64,000 nt of DNA from Bacteroidota bacterium (GCA_049317705.1 JBMOHT010000002.1:2862-66861), one strand, 5' to 3'; shown: positions 16,601-25,133, counted from the first letter of the stretch. A program made the numbers and translations. Notes: generated by a model not told the origin, from the sequence alone.

Positions 16601-17625
16601 CGGATGGTTTCACCCAAAGTAATAAACTGACATTCCGAACAAGCCGTGATCTGTGGACCGGTGCGAAGATCGATCTGAACTGGAATCTGGGCTGGAACTA
16701 TTCGCGGACGCAGTCCATCCAAACCGATGCCATCACCGGTAAGGTTTCGGTCGTGAACGTAGCTACAGGCGGTTCTATCGAACGGTCATTCTTCACTCTT
16801 CCGCCGACGTTCATCTTCTCGATGTTCAAGAGCGGTATTGAACAGGTAGGGAAGAGATATTCTGAACTTGTTCCGACACCAACATCACCGAATCAGGACC
16901 AGAAACTTTCGCAGGCGTTTGAAGAAGGATTCGAGACCCTTCCGATCATGAAGAAAGTGTTTGGCGATATGTTCCCGAGAGTGAACTATTCTTTCCGGTG
17001 GGACGGACTCGAACAGATGAGTCTCTTTAAGAGTTTTGCAACGCACGTCAGTCTTGATCATGCATATCAATCGAGTTATTCCAAAGTGTTCAAAGGAAGC
17101 GCCGGCGGCGGGAATGTGACCGAGAGCCAGCGTATCACGTATGCATTCTCTCCGCTCGCCGGTTTGAGCTTCGCGTTCAAAGAAGTGTTGAAAGGGACCA
17201 TGAGTGCGAACGTCCGGTATGGTTCAAATGTTTCGTATGACCTTACTCCTGCTTCCAAAAATATCGTTGAAACGGTTGGTAACGATATGTCCATCACCGG
17301 AAGTTTTTCGAAGACAGGATTCGAGATCCCGTTGTTCGGCGTGAGTCTGCAGAATGATATCGATGTGAGTTTCACCTATTCCATGGCGAAGAATTCCCGG
17401 ACGACGTTCGATGCAAAAGCGAATGCGTTGAACACGAAAGGAACTCCCGGTGAAGGTTCTACCCGCACGCAGATGGAACCGCGCGTGCGCTATGTACTCA
17501 GTGCCCGCGTGACCGCATCGCTCTTCTACCGCTATACCAAGACCGAACCGGATGCCGGCGGTTCGCGCATACCCGGTTCAACGTCCAACGAAGGGGGCGT
17601 TGATGTGCATATTGCAATCCAATAA
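10684..17625 (+). CDS. sprA: Type IX secretion system translocon SprA (Sov)
   Basis: 2313-aa giant outer-membrane protein. The block NISGAVDIRAAFRNTQTD...VQITVNGTIGDKLNILADWNTQRTFEYENQLKIKYTGYEDEIVQSVEAGNVSL recalls the SprA family. The TTG start at 10684 is uncertain. GTG at 10735 would give MRRALYIGLILVSVLAVFAFLVSSANA, a cleaner signal peptide. Confidence 0.88.
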   Translation: MFSQFTFHQDHSLTLSSVRRALYIGLILVSVLAVFAFLVSSANASTGGARPASFFSSPDSVRTDSLSAADDSTAAKVYRVKDSTYLEQLQLRRNDETAAQAIQPSANPFYLKPPVIVAQSVQLDSTGRFIIVRQTVNGKDVKIPIRMPIDEYIKQRAQSDFAKNFAEMVEKEESAKASKKKDDLGDLLGAFTKIDIPVPANPVFSIFGPPRINLNISGAVDIRAAFRNTQTDQQTLSAYGNTRNEPDFSQEVQITVNGTIGDKLNILADWNTQRTFEYENQLKIKYTGYEDEIVQSVEAGNVSLSTSSSFVSSSSALFGIKAAFQIGPLKLTAIASQKKGQIQEKSLSGGTSKSEFQKRAWEYSKDHFFVDVAYRSTYEPYIKTQTLTRPDLQIKENEYEVWLYHIGQANETMQKGVAYFDLPPVTINDTLTYFPLKDSTNITDVTKRVVRGDWDKLEPGKDYRLNKDAGYITMNRSVQNGQAIAISYRIEMGSGNDDDLIYGTPWKSLGNNSSNVLVLKLVKPLNYILPQDSLPFSLMMKNIYPLGGRKVEKDGFELEMKYLESSSEPVVVIGSTKIVTIFGLDVISESGSPGSDQKFDFNPGITIDQERGEIIFPSLRPFTDGLREGLKKISPPLADSVINKYLYTNLYDTTSEAAQQNNEKDKFMIMGKITASSSNTINLGFNVVEGSVQVLLNGSPLQANVDYTVDYIIGQVIIKKQEALVPGANLQVKFEQNDLFQLASKTLLGIRGEIDVSEKTKIGFTMMNLDQQVLSDKVRLNEEPSNNSIYGFDGQTSGDLPFLTKAIDMLPFIDTKAKSDFTLRAEAAYMNPDPNTKKSTIADDNGSGIAYIDDFEGAKRIIPLGVGYGQWHDMSAPAFQEGVDSYIIRAAWLPDAKKIESKARTYWYNPIGGIPIDAIYGVDANGKSIKQVGRGQDLIQVLQLNYNPKERGAYNFGMDLKKSLLDDPKRNWGGVMKLLSTSSINMITENVGFIEIWVRVTPGKGRIDSTRKVFIDLGTISEDVIPDGSWQTEDKGKFKNDILAQDEDTGLDGDFDDEERSKHQAFIDSNKVLFPNIVSDPSGDNFVYSTTDFRFINQTEKNSTSEIGRFPDSEDLNRNSNSDRTNDYYEYELNLDTTSANPLKIGGGTNGWYQYRIPINNYKYKIGAPDQSNIQYARLWYTGHSEEFEMQFVEFNLIGNQWEEARKNDPTFKVSVVNVEDNTLQGYTLPPGVFRERDRTKPDEQVYGNEQSLALNIFDLQDGDSREAIKKFSYRPLDVFSYRQMKMFVHGDNHFGVTADKATVKMYIRFGSDSLNYYEYKAPVYPGWDQRNNVNIRFEDLTSIKQGRDTIGIRIVRTIPNGPEGSTYAVLGNPTLTRITFISIGLENPLTKNKPNDRGVTGQVWVNELRLADVDDTPGWAYSVSTSVKLADFGTMAFNYSKVDPYFHSLESRFGSRVTSTSWNFSSSFAFDRFLPQDWNGTQLPFSYSHSEQISTPQYLPSSDIIVAKAADQRKDFVTQKTGSAAAGEAEKQKVLLEAQTLLTSDTYAVPGFKFNVPSENWFFRDLFNKVNYGFSYTTSSQRNPTTTSRTSWQWNARISYGYAFMGTDFIQPFGFFQDLFFLEEFRELQLFYFPIQNIATGFTIARSRTNERLRSLTKDTEPTRGLSSARNMSFAWKLTENGLINLSGDYSLDISSSMVHMELDPWGRQRNFSQIMNQIFMQDRLMNFGYDNSYNQSFTVNTKPRVPSLFDINKYVTFSARYNVGYRWQNSLQQGDLGISTGWSNNISLTSDISLKNFVETWFPAREASVDQPQSLPAPSRGRGERDDEDAPSNDPKEEPASKPLAEADTTHSEGPKPKGEGLIGFARVLIKTPFLDYDKINLNFTQSNTATNGGVPGRPGFTNFFGRVPGIQQSERAWGPSRAYQLGLVSVPGANITDIFLKPQFPFVGFSTDADKQFRANGPNGASANLSDGFTQSNKLTFRTSRDLWTGAKIDLNWNLGWNYSRTQSIQTDAITGKVSVVNVATGGSIERSFFTLPPTFIFSMFKSGIEQVGKRYSELVPTPTSPNQDQKLSQAFEEGFETLPIMKKVFGDMFPRVNYSFRWDGLEQMSLFKSFATHVSLDHAYQSSYSKVFKGSAGGGNVTESQRITYAFSPLAGLSFAFKEVLKGTMSANVRYGSNVSYDLTPASKNIVETVGNDMSITGSFSKTGFEIPLFGVSLQNDIDVSFTYSMAKNSRTTFDAKANALNTKGTPGEGSTRTQMEPRVRYVLSARVTASLFYRYTKTEPDAGGSRIPGSTSNEGGVDVHIAIQ

Positions 17626-17645
17626 TCATTCGAAAGCAGGTCGGT

Positions 17646-19211
17646 ATGGATACGAATAAAGGACATCTTCTCTGGGTCGATGACGAGATCGAACTGCTTC
17701 GCGCACATGTCGTGCTGCTGCGGGACAAAGGTTATGATGTCGACACGGCCACCAACGGCGATGATGCCATTGAGATGGTCCGCACCAAAGCCTACGACCT
17801 CGTATTTCTTGATGAGATGATGCCGGGAAAAGGCGGACTTGAAACACTCGCAGTGATCAAAGATATCTCACCATCTGTCCCCGTTGTGATGATCACCAAG
17901 AACGAAGCGGAATCGCTGATGGAAGAGGCGATCGGCAGCAAGATCTCGGATTATCTGACAAAACCGGTCAATCCGAGCCAGATCCTGCTGGTCTGCAAGA
18001 AGTTCCTGGAAGGGAAAAAGATCCAAAGCGAACAGGTGTCACGCGATTATACGCAGGAATTCTCCTCTATTTCAAGAATGCTGCTGAACCCGCTGGATTA
18101 CACTGAATGGACCGATCTCTATATTAAGATCGCCAATTGGGAAATGGAACTCGATAAACATCCTGAATTGGGTCTGCAGAAGATGCTCGCCGATCAACGG
18201 CGGGAAAGCAATGCAGAGTTCTCGAAGTATGTTGAAAAGAACTATCAAACGTGGATCAATCGGAAAGAGAATCGTCCGACACTCTCCACGGACATCATGG
18301 AAAAGTATGTCATCCCGAATCTGAACGACAAGAAATCGGTCTTCCTGTTCGTGGTGGATTGTATGCGCCTCGATCAATGGCTCGTGATGGAAGAGTATCT
18401 TCGTGAACTGTATTCCATCGAGAAGGAATATTATTTCTCCATCCTTCCGACCGCCACTCCGTACTCACGCAACGCGATCTTCAGCGGTCTCTTCCCGTTG
18501 GAACTGGAACAGCGCTATCCTGATCTGTGGCAGGGAGAGGACGACAGCGAAACGAGTCACAACAAATACGAGAAGGAACTGCTGATGAAGCTTCTCGAGC
18601 GGAAACGGATCGCACTGAAACCGGAACCGAAGTATGTGAAGATCCTTGATACGGAATTCGGCAGACAGATCCAGTCCAATATCATCTCCTACACGCAGAA
18701 TAAACTGACAGCCATCGTCGTCAACTTCGTGGATATGCTCGCGCACGGCCGCTCGGATGATCCCATTCTGAAAGAGATCGCTCCGGACGAATCCGCGTAC
18801 CGTTCATTGACGAACACATGGTTCAAGCATTCGTCGCTCTACGGTATGTTCCAGATGCTCGCTGCACGCAAGGATGTGAAGATCATCGTCACGACGGACC
18901 ATGGAAGCGTCCGCTGTATGCGCGGTTCGAAAGTGATCGGGGATAAGGAAGCTTCGACGAATCTCCGCTACAAGTTCGGACGAAACCTGAAATCCGACGA
19001 GAAGCACTCCATCTTCCTGAAGAACCCGAAGGATTTCAAACTGCCGCAGCGTGCTATCACCACGAATTACATCGTTGCGAAAGAGGATTATTATTTTGTC
19101 TACCCGACGGAATATCATAAATACCTTAATCAGTACCGTGACAGTTTCCAGCATGGCGGCATCTCCATGGAAGAGATGATCCTGCCCGTGATCACGATGG
19201 AACCGAAATAG
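17646..19211 (+). CDS. porX: PorX-like response regulator (CheY receiver + PglZ/alkaline-phosphatase-like domain)
   Basis: Receiver domain: LLWVDDE...DLVFLDEMMPG...KP. C-terminal PglZ-type domain: FLFVVDCMRLDQW, TATPYSRNAIFSG, IIVTTDHGS, FQHGGIS. The gene starts 20 nt downstream of sprA. Confidence 0.85.
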   Translation: MDTNKGHLLWVDDEIELLRAHVVLLRDKGYDVDTATNGDDAIEMVRTKAYDLVFLDEMMPGKGGLETLAVIKDISPSVPVVMITKNEAESLMEEAIGSKISDYLTKPVNPSQILLVCKKFLEGKKIQSEQVSRDYTQEFSSISRMLLNPLDYTEWTDLYIKIANWEMELDKHPELGLQKMLADQRRESNAEFSKYVEKNYQTWINRKENRPTLSTDIMEKYVIPNLNDKKSVFLFVVDCMRLDQWLVMEEYLRELYSIEKEYYFSILPTATPYSRNAIFSGLFPLELEQRYPDLWQGEDDSETSHNKYEKELLMKLLERKRIALKPEPKYVKILDTEFGRQIQSNIISYTQNKLTAIVVNFVDMLAHGRSDDPILKEIAPDESAYRSLTNTWFKHSSLYGMFQMLAARKDVKIIVTTDHGSVRCMRGSKVIGDKEASTNLRYKFGRNLKSDEKHSIFLKNPKDFKLPQRAITTNYIVAKEDYYFVYPTEYHKYLNQYRDSFQHGGISMEEMILPVITMEPK

Positions 19212-19215
19212 ACGA

Positions 19216-19638
19216 ATGCAGCAGATCACGACCCATAGCGAAGAAGAGACGATCCTTGCAGGTGTTGAATTCTCCCGGCTGCTCATCCCTGGTTCAGTGG
19301 TCGCGCTGGAAGGGGATCTGGGAACAGGGAAGACGCACTTTACTAAAGGCATTTCACGCGGACTGGAAATTGCGGATAATGTTACGAGTCCTACTTTTAC
19401 TATCGTTAACGAACACCGCGGCGGCCGGCTTCCTCTTTATCATTTTGACTGCTACCGACTGCGAACACCGGCTGAGCTGGACGAATTGGGATTCGACGAA
19501 TACATCTACGGCAGCGGGGTTTGTGTTATCGAATGGGCGGAGCTGATCGAATCACGATTGCCGGAACACCGCTTCAATGTCCGATTAACGCTTGGCAACA
19601 ACGAAACTGAACGGACCATCATCATCACTCAACAATGA
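19216..19638 (+). CDS. tsaE: tRNA t6A37 biosynthesis ATPase TsaE
   Basis: LEGDLGTGKTHFTKG P-loop, SPTFTIVNEH, HFDCYRL. Confidence 0.9.
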   Translation: MQQITTHSEEETILAGVEFSRLLIPGSVVALEGDLGTGKTHFTKGISRGLEIADNVTSPTFTIVNEHRGGRLPLYHFDCYRLRTPAELDELGFDEYIYGSGVCVIEWAELIESRLPEHRFNVRLTLGNNETERTIIITQQ

Positions 19639-20261
19639 TCATTGCCATCGAAACAGCAACGGAAGTCTGCAGCGCCGCGCTTGTCCATTCATCGAATGTG
19701 CTTGCCCGCCGTTCCGTTCATGAAAAGAATATCCATTCCGAACGCCTGCTCATTCTGATCGACGAGGTCCTGAAGGAATCGAATACTGCTCCTTCGCAAT
19801 TGACCGCTGTTGCAGTCTCAGTCGGACCGGGTTCGTTCACCGGACTGCGTATCGGACTGAGTGCGGCGAAAGGACTCGCAATGGCGCTCAACATTCCCAT
19901 TATCGCCGTCCCTACGCTCGATGGAATTGCTGAAAGTTTTCGTCTTTCGCGTACCATTCCCTCAGAAATGAATTTTTGCGCCATGATCGAAGCAAAACGA
20001 GAGGAAGCATTCTTTGCATTCTATTCAGTGACACCGCAAGAGATACAGCGCCGCTCGGAATATTCCATCAAAGTAAAGAATGAGATCCTCCCGGAAGCTG
20101 CTTCGCTGAGTGCGGAGACGGAACAACCGGAGACATCCGCTGCCTCGATCGGTCTACTTGCCGAACGGAAGCAGAAAGAATTCCTCATTTCCGATTTTAG
20201 CTTGCTGGAACCGCTGTATTTGCGCGATTTTGTCGCTACTTTACCGAAGAACAAAGCATAA
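19635..20261 (+). CDS. tsaB: tRNA t6A37 biosynthesis protein TsaB
   Basis: MIIAIETATEVCSAAL..., GPGSFTGLRIGLSAAKGLA. ATGA overlap with tsaE. Confidence 0.85.
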   Translation: MIIAIETATEVCSAALVHSSNVLARRSVHEKNIHSERLLILIDEVLKESNTAPSQLTAVAVSVGPGSFTGLRIGLSAAKGLAMALNIPIIAVPTLDGIAESFRLSRTIPSEMNFCAMIEAKREEAFFAFYSVTPQEIQRRSEYSIKVKNEILPEAASLSAETEQPETSAASIGLLAERKQKEFLISDFSLLEPLYLRDFVATLPKNKA

Positions 20262-20354
20262 CCTCAGTTATTCCCGCCTATTGCAGATTTTCATTGAAAT
20301 AAAGGTGAATGATGGATATTTTGTCCTACGTATTGATAACAAGAAAAGGTAACT

Positions 20355-21194
20355 ATGTCCTGGTTTAGACGCTCAACGGAAAATATTGCATCCGACAATC
20401 AGAAAAAAGATATGCCGGAAGGGATGTGGAAAAAATGCGCATCCTGCGGCGAGATCATCCACAAAGGAGCGTTGGAACAGAATCTGTGGGTCTGCACGAA
20501 ATGCAGTCATCATTTCCGCATCGGCAGCAATGAATATTTCGGTATCCTGTTCGACGAAGGGTCAATGAAGGAATTCGATTCAAAAATGACCTCGAAGGAT
20601 CCGCTGAATTTTGTCGACACGAAGAAGTATAAGGATCGTATCAAAGAGACCATTAAAAAGACCGGACTGAGCGATGCGCTCCGGTATGCAACCGGAAAAA
20701 TGAACAAACGCGAAGTGGTGATCGCCTGCATGGATTTCGGATTCATCGGCGGCAGCATGGGAAGCGTTGTCGGTGAGAAGATCAGCCGAGCCGTGGATAA
20801 AGCGATCAAGCTGAAAGCACCGCTCATCATCATCTCCGCCAGCGGCGGTGCACGCATGATGGAAGCGGCGTATTCACTGATGCAGCTGGCGAAGACCAGC
20901 GCAAAACTGGCGCAGTTGTCGAACGCAGGACTTCCGTTCATCTCTCTGATGACCGATCCGACCACCGGCGGAGTTACAGCCAGTTTTGCAATGTTAGGTG
21001 ATATCAACATCGCGGAACCGAACGCTCTTGTCGGTTTCGCCGGTCCCCGTGTGATCAAACAGACCATCGGCAAGGACCTTCCGGAAGGTTTCCAGCGGGC
21101 GGAATTCCTGCAGGAAAAAGGATTCGTGGACCTCGTCGTTCCAAGAAAAGATCTGAAAGCGACGATCTCCAATTTATTCGAAATGATACATTAA
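20355..21194 (+). CDS. accD: Acetyl-CoA carboxylase carboxyltransferase beta subunit
   Basis: Zn ribbon CASCGEII...CTKCSHH, then [11 protein letters not shown] and SGGARMMEA. Confidence 0.92.
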   Translation: MSWFRRSTENIASDNQKKDMPEGMWKKCASCGEIIHKGALEQNLWVCTKCSHHFRIGSNEYFGILFDEGSMKEFDSKMTSKDPLNFVDTKKYKDRIKETIKKTGLSDALRYATGKMNKREVVIACMDFGFIGGSMGSVVGEKISRAVDKAIKLKAPLIIISASGGARMMEAAYSLMQLAKTSAKLAQLSNAGLPFISLMTDPTTGGVTASFAMLGDINIAEPNALVGFAGPRVIKQTIGKDLPEGFQRAEFLQEKGFVDLVVPRKDLKATISNLFEMIH

Positions 21195-21200
21195 AATTTT

Positions 21201-22103
21201 ATGGAAATTCATATTTTAGGCGTTCCCATGGACCTCGGCGCAGGCCGCCGCGGTGTCGACATGGGTCCTTCCGCGATACGCATCGCCGGTGTTTCGGAAA
21301 AGCTTCAGATACTCGGTCACACCGTGATCGAAGAAGGCGATATCTCCACAAAGATCCCCGAACAGCAAAAGGTCAAGAATCCCAAACTGAAGTATCTTCC
21401 TGAGATCGTCCGCGCATGTACATTGCTTGCAGCAAAGACAGAGAAGATCCTCGAAGGGGGCGGCTTTCCGCTCGTTCTGGGAGGCGACCACTCCATTGCG
21501 ATCGGAACGATCGCGGGTGTCTCAAATTATTGTCAGCATCAGAAGAAGAAGCTCGGCGTTATTTGGGTGGATGCACACGGTGATATGAATACCGATGTTA
21601 CCTCTCCGTCCGGAAATATCCACGGCATGCCGCTCGCTGCTTCCATCGGACTCGGCGCGATTGAGTTGACCTCCATCGGCGGCGATTACCAAAAGCTCGA
21701 CCCGAAGAATCTTGTGATGATCGCCATCCGCGATCTTGATGCCGGCGAAAAAGCGGCCATCAGAAAGAATAACATCACCATCTTCACGATGGAAGATATT
21801 GATAAACACGGAATGGCCGTTGTCATCACCAAAGCACTCCATAAACTGAAGGATGTCGATTTCGTCCATGTCAGTTTCGATATGGACGCGATGGACCCGA
21901 AAGAATGTCCCGGCGTCGGCACACCGGTGAAGGGCGGACTGGAATACCGCGAAGCGCATCTGATCATGGAGACACTCTCCACAAATAATCGCATGCATTC
22001 GCTGGAAGTGGTCGAAACAAATCCGATCCTCGATAACCGCAATCAATCCGCTGAATTTGCAGTGGAATTGATGCAGTCCGGCTTCGGAAAGAAAATTATC
22101 TAG
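21201..22103 (+). CDS. rocF: Arginase (ureohydrolase family)
   Basis: Mn-binding motifs GGDHSIAIG, VDAHGDMNT, SFDMDAMDP. An agmatinase or formiminoglutamase assignment cannot be excluded from sequence alone. Confidence 0.8.
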   Translation: MEIHILGVPMDLGAGRRGVDMGPSAIRIAGVSEKLQILGHTVIEEGDISTKIPEQQKVKNPKLKYLPEIVRACTLLAAKTEKILEGGGFPLVLGGDHSIAIGTIAGVSNYCQHQKKKLGVIWVDAHGDMNTDVTSPSGNIHGMPLAASIGLGAIELTSIGGDYQKLDPKNLVMIAIRDLDAGEKAAIRKNNITIFTMEDIDKHGMAVVITKALHKLKDVDFVHVSFDMDAMDPKECPGVGTPVKGGLEYREAHLIMETLSTNNRMHSLEVVETNPILDNRNQSAEFAVELMQSGFGKKII

Positions 22104-22144
22104 ATCGATCTCTATCAGGCTACAGAATCATTTCTGATCGTGTG

Positions 22145-22172
22145 GTCATTCTGAGCGAAGACGAAGGATGAC
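22145..22172. repeat. REP-like palindromic element
   Basis: gtcattct-gagcgaagacga-aggatgac forms a 7 of 8 bp stem. Confidence 0.5.
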
Positions 22173-22201
22173 CCGGCGAAGGGAATGAAAATAAAATTTA
22201 C

Positions 22202-22271
22202 GTCACCCTGAGCGCTTGTCCGCCTTTCTTTTTGGCGGAAGTCCCTTTTTTTGGGACGAGTCGAAGGGTCC
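22202..22271. repeat. REP-like palindrome interrupted by a 42-nt insert carrying two T-loop mini-hairpins
   Basis: gtcaccctgagcgcttg ... tcgaagggtcc (accct / agggt pairing). Between them lie ccgcc-tttcttttt-ggcgg (22220-22238) and gtccc-ttttttt-gggac (22241-22257). Confidence 0.5.
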
Positions 22272-22291
22272 ATAATAAGATCCCCTTTTTT

Positions 22292-23143
22292 TTGATCACA
22301 CTCTCTCATATCTCCGAGCTCCGTTCCCGTCTCGCATCATTCCGTGCTGAAGGTAAATCCATTGGTCTGGTCCCGACGATGGGATTCCTGCATGAGGGAC
22401 ATCTGACACTGATCAGAAAAGCAAAGAGTGAATGTGATATTGTTGTCGTTTCCATCTTTGTCAATCCGACACAGTTCGCTCCGCATGAGGATCTGGAAAA
22501 ATATCCCCGCGATATCAACGGTGATTCCGAACGGGCATCCGGTGCCGGCTGTGATCTGCTCTTTATCCCGGCCGTCAGCGAAATGTATCCGGATGGATAT
22601 AAGAGTTATGTATCGGTCGACGGATTGTCTTCCGTACTCGAAGGAGAATTTCGGCCGACGCATTTCAAAGGTGTCGCGACTGTGGTCCTGAAATTATTCA
22701 ACATCGTACAGCCTCACTGCGCATATTTCGGTCAGAAAGATGCGCAGCAAAGCATCGTTATCAAAAAGATGGTGAAGGATCTCGATGTTCCGGTCACTAT
22801 CATTATCGTGCCGACGATGCGCGAGCAGGATGGACTGGCGATGAGTTCGCGCAATGTCTATCTTGACCATGAACAGAGAAAGAATGCCGTTGTTCTTTCG
22901 CGGGCGCTGGCACTGGCGAAGGAGCGCATCTCCAAAGGCATCCGTGATCCGCAGCTGATCATCGCTGAAATGAGAGAGATGGTCCTCACCGCACATCCGA
23001 CCTCCATCGATTATATTGAAGTGGTCGATTCAGAACTTCTCACGAAAAAAGGAATGCTGCTGTCAGGCGATTCAGTCCTCATACCGCTTGCCGTGCGGTT
23101 CGGTTCCACCCGGCTCATTGACAATATCATCGTACCAGTGTAA
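22292..23143 (+). CDS. panC: Pantoate--beta-alanine ligase
   Basis: LVPTMGFLHEGHLTLIRKAK, FVNPTQF, YFGQKDAQQ. The start is uncertain. The ATG at 22232 lies inside the repeat region, and the in-frame TTG at 22292 gives a normal-length N-terminus. Confidence 0.85.
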   Translation: MITLSHISELRSRLASFRAEGKSIGLVPTMGFLHEGHLTLIRKAKSECDIVVVSIFVNPTQFAPHEDLEKYPRDINGDSERASGAGCDLLFIPAVSEMYPDGYKSYVSVDGLSSVLEGEFRPTHFKGVATVVLKLFNIVQPHCAYFGQKDAQQSIVIKKMVKDLDVPVTIIIVPTMREQDGLAMSSRNVYLDHEQRKNAVVLSRALALAKERISKGIRDPQLIIAEMREMVLTAHPTSIDYIEVVDSELLTKKGMLLSGDSVLIPLAVRFGSTRLIDNIIVPV

Positions 23144-23160
23144 TTACAAAGGAAAAATCT

Positions 23161-23910
23161 ATGTCAAATTTTGCAACGATCATTATGGCAGCAGGTAAAG
23201 GGACCCGCATGAAGGACCCGTCGAAAGCAAAAGTGATGTTCGAAGTGAACGGTAAGCCGATGGTGCAGCATGTTGTGGAGATCGCACAGTCGCTCGGCTC
23301 CGAACGTATCATCACCATTGTCGGTTTCCAGCGTGAGTCCGTGTATAACCATTTGGAAAAGGTTGCACCGGCCGTCGAGTTTGCCGTGCAGGATCCGCAG
23401 CTCGGAACGGGACATGCCGTGATGCAGGCCGAACCGTTCCTTCGCCGGTATGGCGGAGATGTGATCGTGTTGTCCGGCGATGTTCCGGTCCTTCGTAAAG
23501 AGACCATCCAGAAACTGATCGATTATCATCGGGACAATAATGCCGCCGGAACGATCCTGACAGCACAACTTCCCGATCCCACAGGGTATGGACGCATCCT
23601 CCGGAGCAAAAGCGGATATGTCGTCGGTATTATGGAGCATAAGGATGCGACGGACGAACAGAGGAAGATCAACGAGATCAATTCCGGTATCTATATCTTT
23701 GATACACGGTATCTCTTCTCGGCACTGCAGCATATCAATCCGCACAACGCGCAGAATGAATACTATCTGACCGATGTTTTCGGCCATTTTTGGAAACAAA
23801 AGCTCGTTGTGGCGGCAATGCTTACGGATGATGCGAATGAGATCCGCGGCGTGAATACGCTCGAACAGCTTCAGGAAGCGGAAACAGAGTTGAATTCACG
23901 GAACAAATAG
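23161..23910 (+). CDS. Sugar-1-phosphate nucleotidyltransferase resembling the GlmU N-terminal (uridyltransferase) domain only
   Basis: 249 aa. IIMAAGKGTRMK...KVMFEVNGKPMVQHV, LSGDVPVL, GYGRI, INSGIYIF, EYYLTD. There is no C-terminal hexapeptide domain. Confidence 0.8.
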   Translation: MSNFATIIMAAGKGTRMKDPSKAKVMFEVNGKPMVQHVVEIAQSLGSERIITIVGFQRESVYNHLEKVAPAVEFAVQDPQLGTGHAVMQAEPFLRRYGGDVIVLSGDVPVLRKETIQKLIDYHRDNNAAGTILTAQLPDPTGYGRILRSKSGYVVGIMEHKDATDEQRKINEINSGIYIFDTRYLFSALQHINPHNAQNEYYLTDVFGHFWKQKLVVAAMLTDDANEIRGVNTLEQLQEAETELNSRNK

Positions 23911-23982
23911 ACCCCTTTTCATGTCTATATTGACAAAGCACGCAGTTTTTCATAATTTGAATGAGAAGAAAACGGTGATGAT

Positions 23983-24480
23983 ATGAGAAAAATATTTGTG
24001 CTGATGCTGTTCTGCGTATTCGGTCTGACCGTTGGCTCGGCTCAATTCAAACCGAGATCATCGGAACAGCCGAAAGTGGCTGATTCTTTCATCCAGACGC
24101 AGTCGGCGAGTGATTGGTTCAATCTCTTCAATCCCAACAATTTTCAGATGCGTCATTCCTATTCCGCCAGTTACTCCATGGGGGGAGGACAGTCCATCGC
24201 ACTGCAGCGTTACACCAATACGATGATGTATCAGTTTACACCGAATCTTGAAGCACGCGTTGATCTGAGTCTGCAGAATTCACCGTTCAGTTCCTTTGAA
24301 TATCGTCTTCAGAATCAATTCAATAAAGCATATATCAGCCGTGCTGAGTTGAATTACCGTCCGACGGACAATATGGTCATCCGGCTTCAGTATCGTGAAA
24401 TGCCGTATTCATATTACGGCTACGGTTATGGTCAGCCGTTCGGCGGCATGTTCTCCGGTCTTGATTATAACGGCGACTAA
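23983..24480 (+). CDS. Hypothetical secreted protein, possibly a small outer-membrane beta-barrel
   Basis: Signal peptide MRKIFVLMLFCVFGLTVGSAQ, alternating beta-like segments, and a Tyr/Gly-rich tail YSYYGYGYGQPFGG. I recognise no family. Confidence 0.5.
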   Translation: MRKIFVLMLFCVFGLTVGSAQFKPRSSEQPKVADSFIQTQSASDWFNLFNPNNFQMRHSYSASYSMGGGQSIALQRYTNTMMYQFTPNLEARVDLSLQNSPFSSFEYRLQNQFNKAYISRAELNYRPTDNMVIRLQYREMPYSYYGYGYGQPFGGMFSGLDYNGD

Positions 24481-24517
24481 AAACATTATCTCTTTGTATA
24501 GATCGTATCATGATAGG

Positions 24518-24558
24518 AATAACCGAGTGGTCATGAAGGCCTTCTCGGTTATTTTTTT
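24518..24558 (+). terminator. Rho-independent terminator
   Basis: aataaccgag / ctcggttatt stem followed by ttttttt. Confidence 0.6.
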
Positions 24559-24621
24559 GTGAACCAATGTCAATAGCTCTTCGGTTCTTTGCGCAACGGA
24601 AGTAAACAATTGCAACAATGT

Positions 24622-24654
24622 TTGTGGGATTTTGTGTCTTCGTGCCTTTGTGGC
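24622..24654. repeat. Solo copy of the GTGTCTT / GTGGC-type intergenic repeat
   Basis: ttgtgggattttgtgtcttcgtgcctttgtggc, a near copy of 3927-3960. Confidence 0.55.
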
Positions 24655-24676
24655 TAAAGGACTCTGAACGTTTACT

Positions 24677-25120
24677 ATGAATCTATCTGCAAAAAATAAA
24701 CTGCTGCTGAATATCGCCGTCGTTCTGCTTCTGCTCTTCAACGGAATGCAGCTCTATGGGATCTTTGCTCAAAAGGATTCCGCACAGCCGGTTCCCGCAA
24801 AGCGTCTTGACGATACGGCGCATGTCGCAACGCAGATCAATGTGCAGAACGGCTGCGGCGTGAAAGGTGTCGGCACGGTGATGACGACGTTCTGCCGTCA
24901 GAACGGTTTTGATGTGGTGGAGATGGGGAACTATAAGAGTTTCGATCTTGAGCATTCCATTGTTATCGACCGCAATGGAAAATCCGGTGAACCTCAACGG
25001 CTGGCAGCGCTGCTCGGCATCGATCCCAAGAATGTGGTTCAGCAGTTCAATAACGATCAAATGGTCACCGCAACCGTGGTGATCGGAAAAGATTTTAAAT
25101 CATTACTACCCTGGAAGTAA
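24677..25120 (+). CDS. LytR_C domain-containing membrane-anchored protein
   Basis: N-terminal TM helix, then INVQNGCGVKGVGTVMTTFCRQNGFDVVEMGN...VVIGKDF, typical of the LytR C-terminal domain. Confidence 0.65.
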   Translation: MNLSAKNKLLLNIAVVLLLLFNGMQLYGIFAQKDSAQPVPAKRLDDTAHVATQINVQNGCGVKGVGTVMTTFCRQNGFDVVEMGNYKSFDLEHSIVIDRNGKSGEPQRLAALLGIDPKNVVQQFNNDQMVTATVVIGKDFKSLLPWK

Positions 25121-25133
25121 CCAAAGGAGCACA

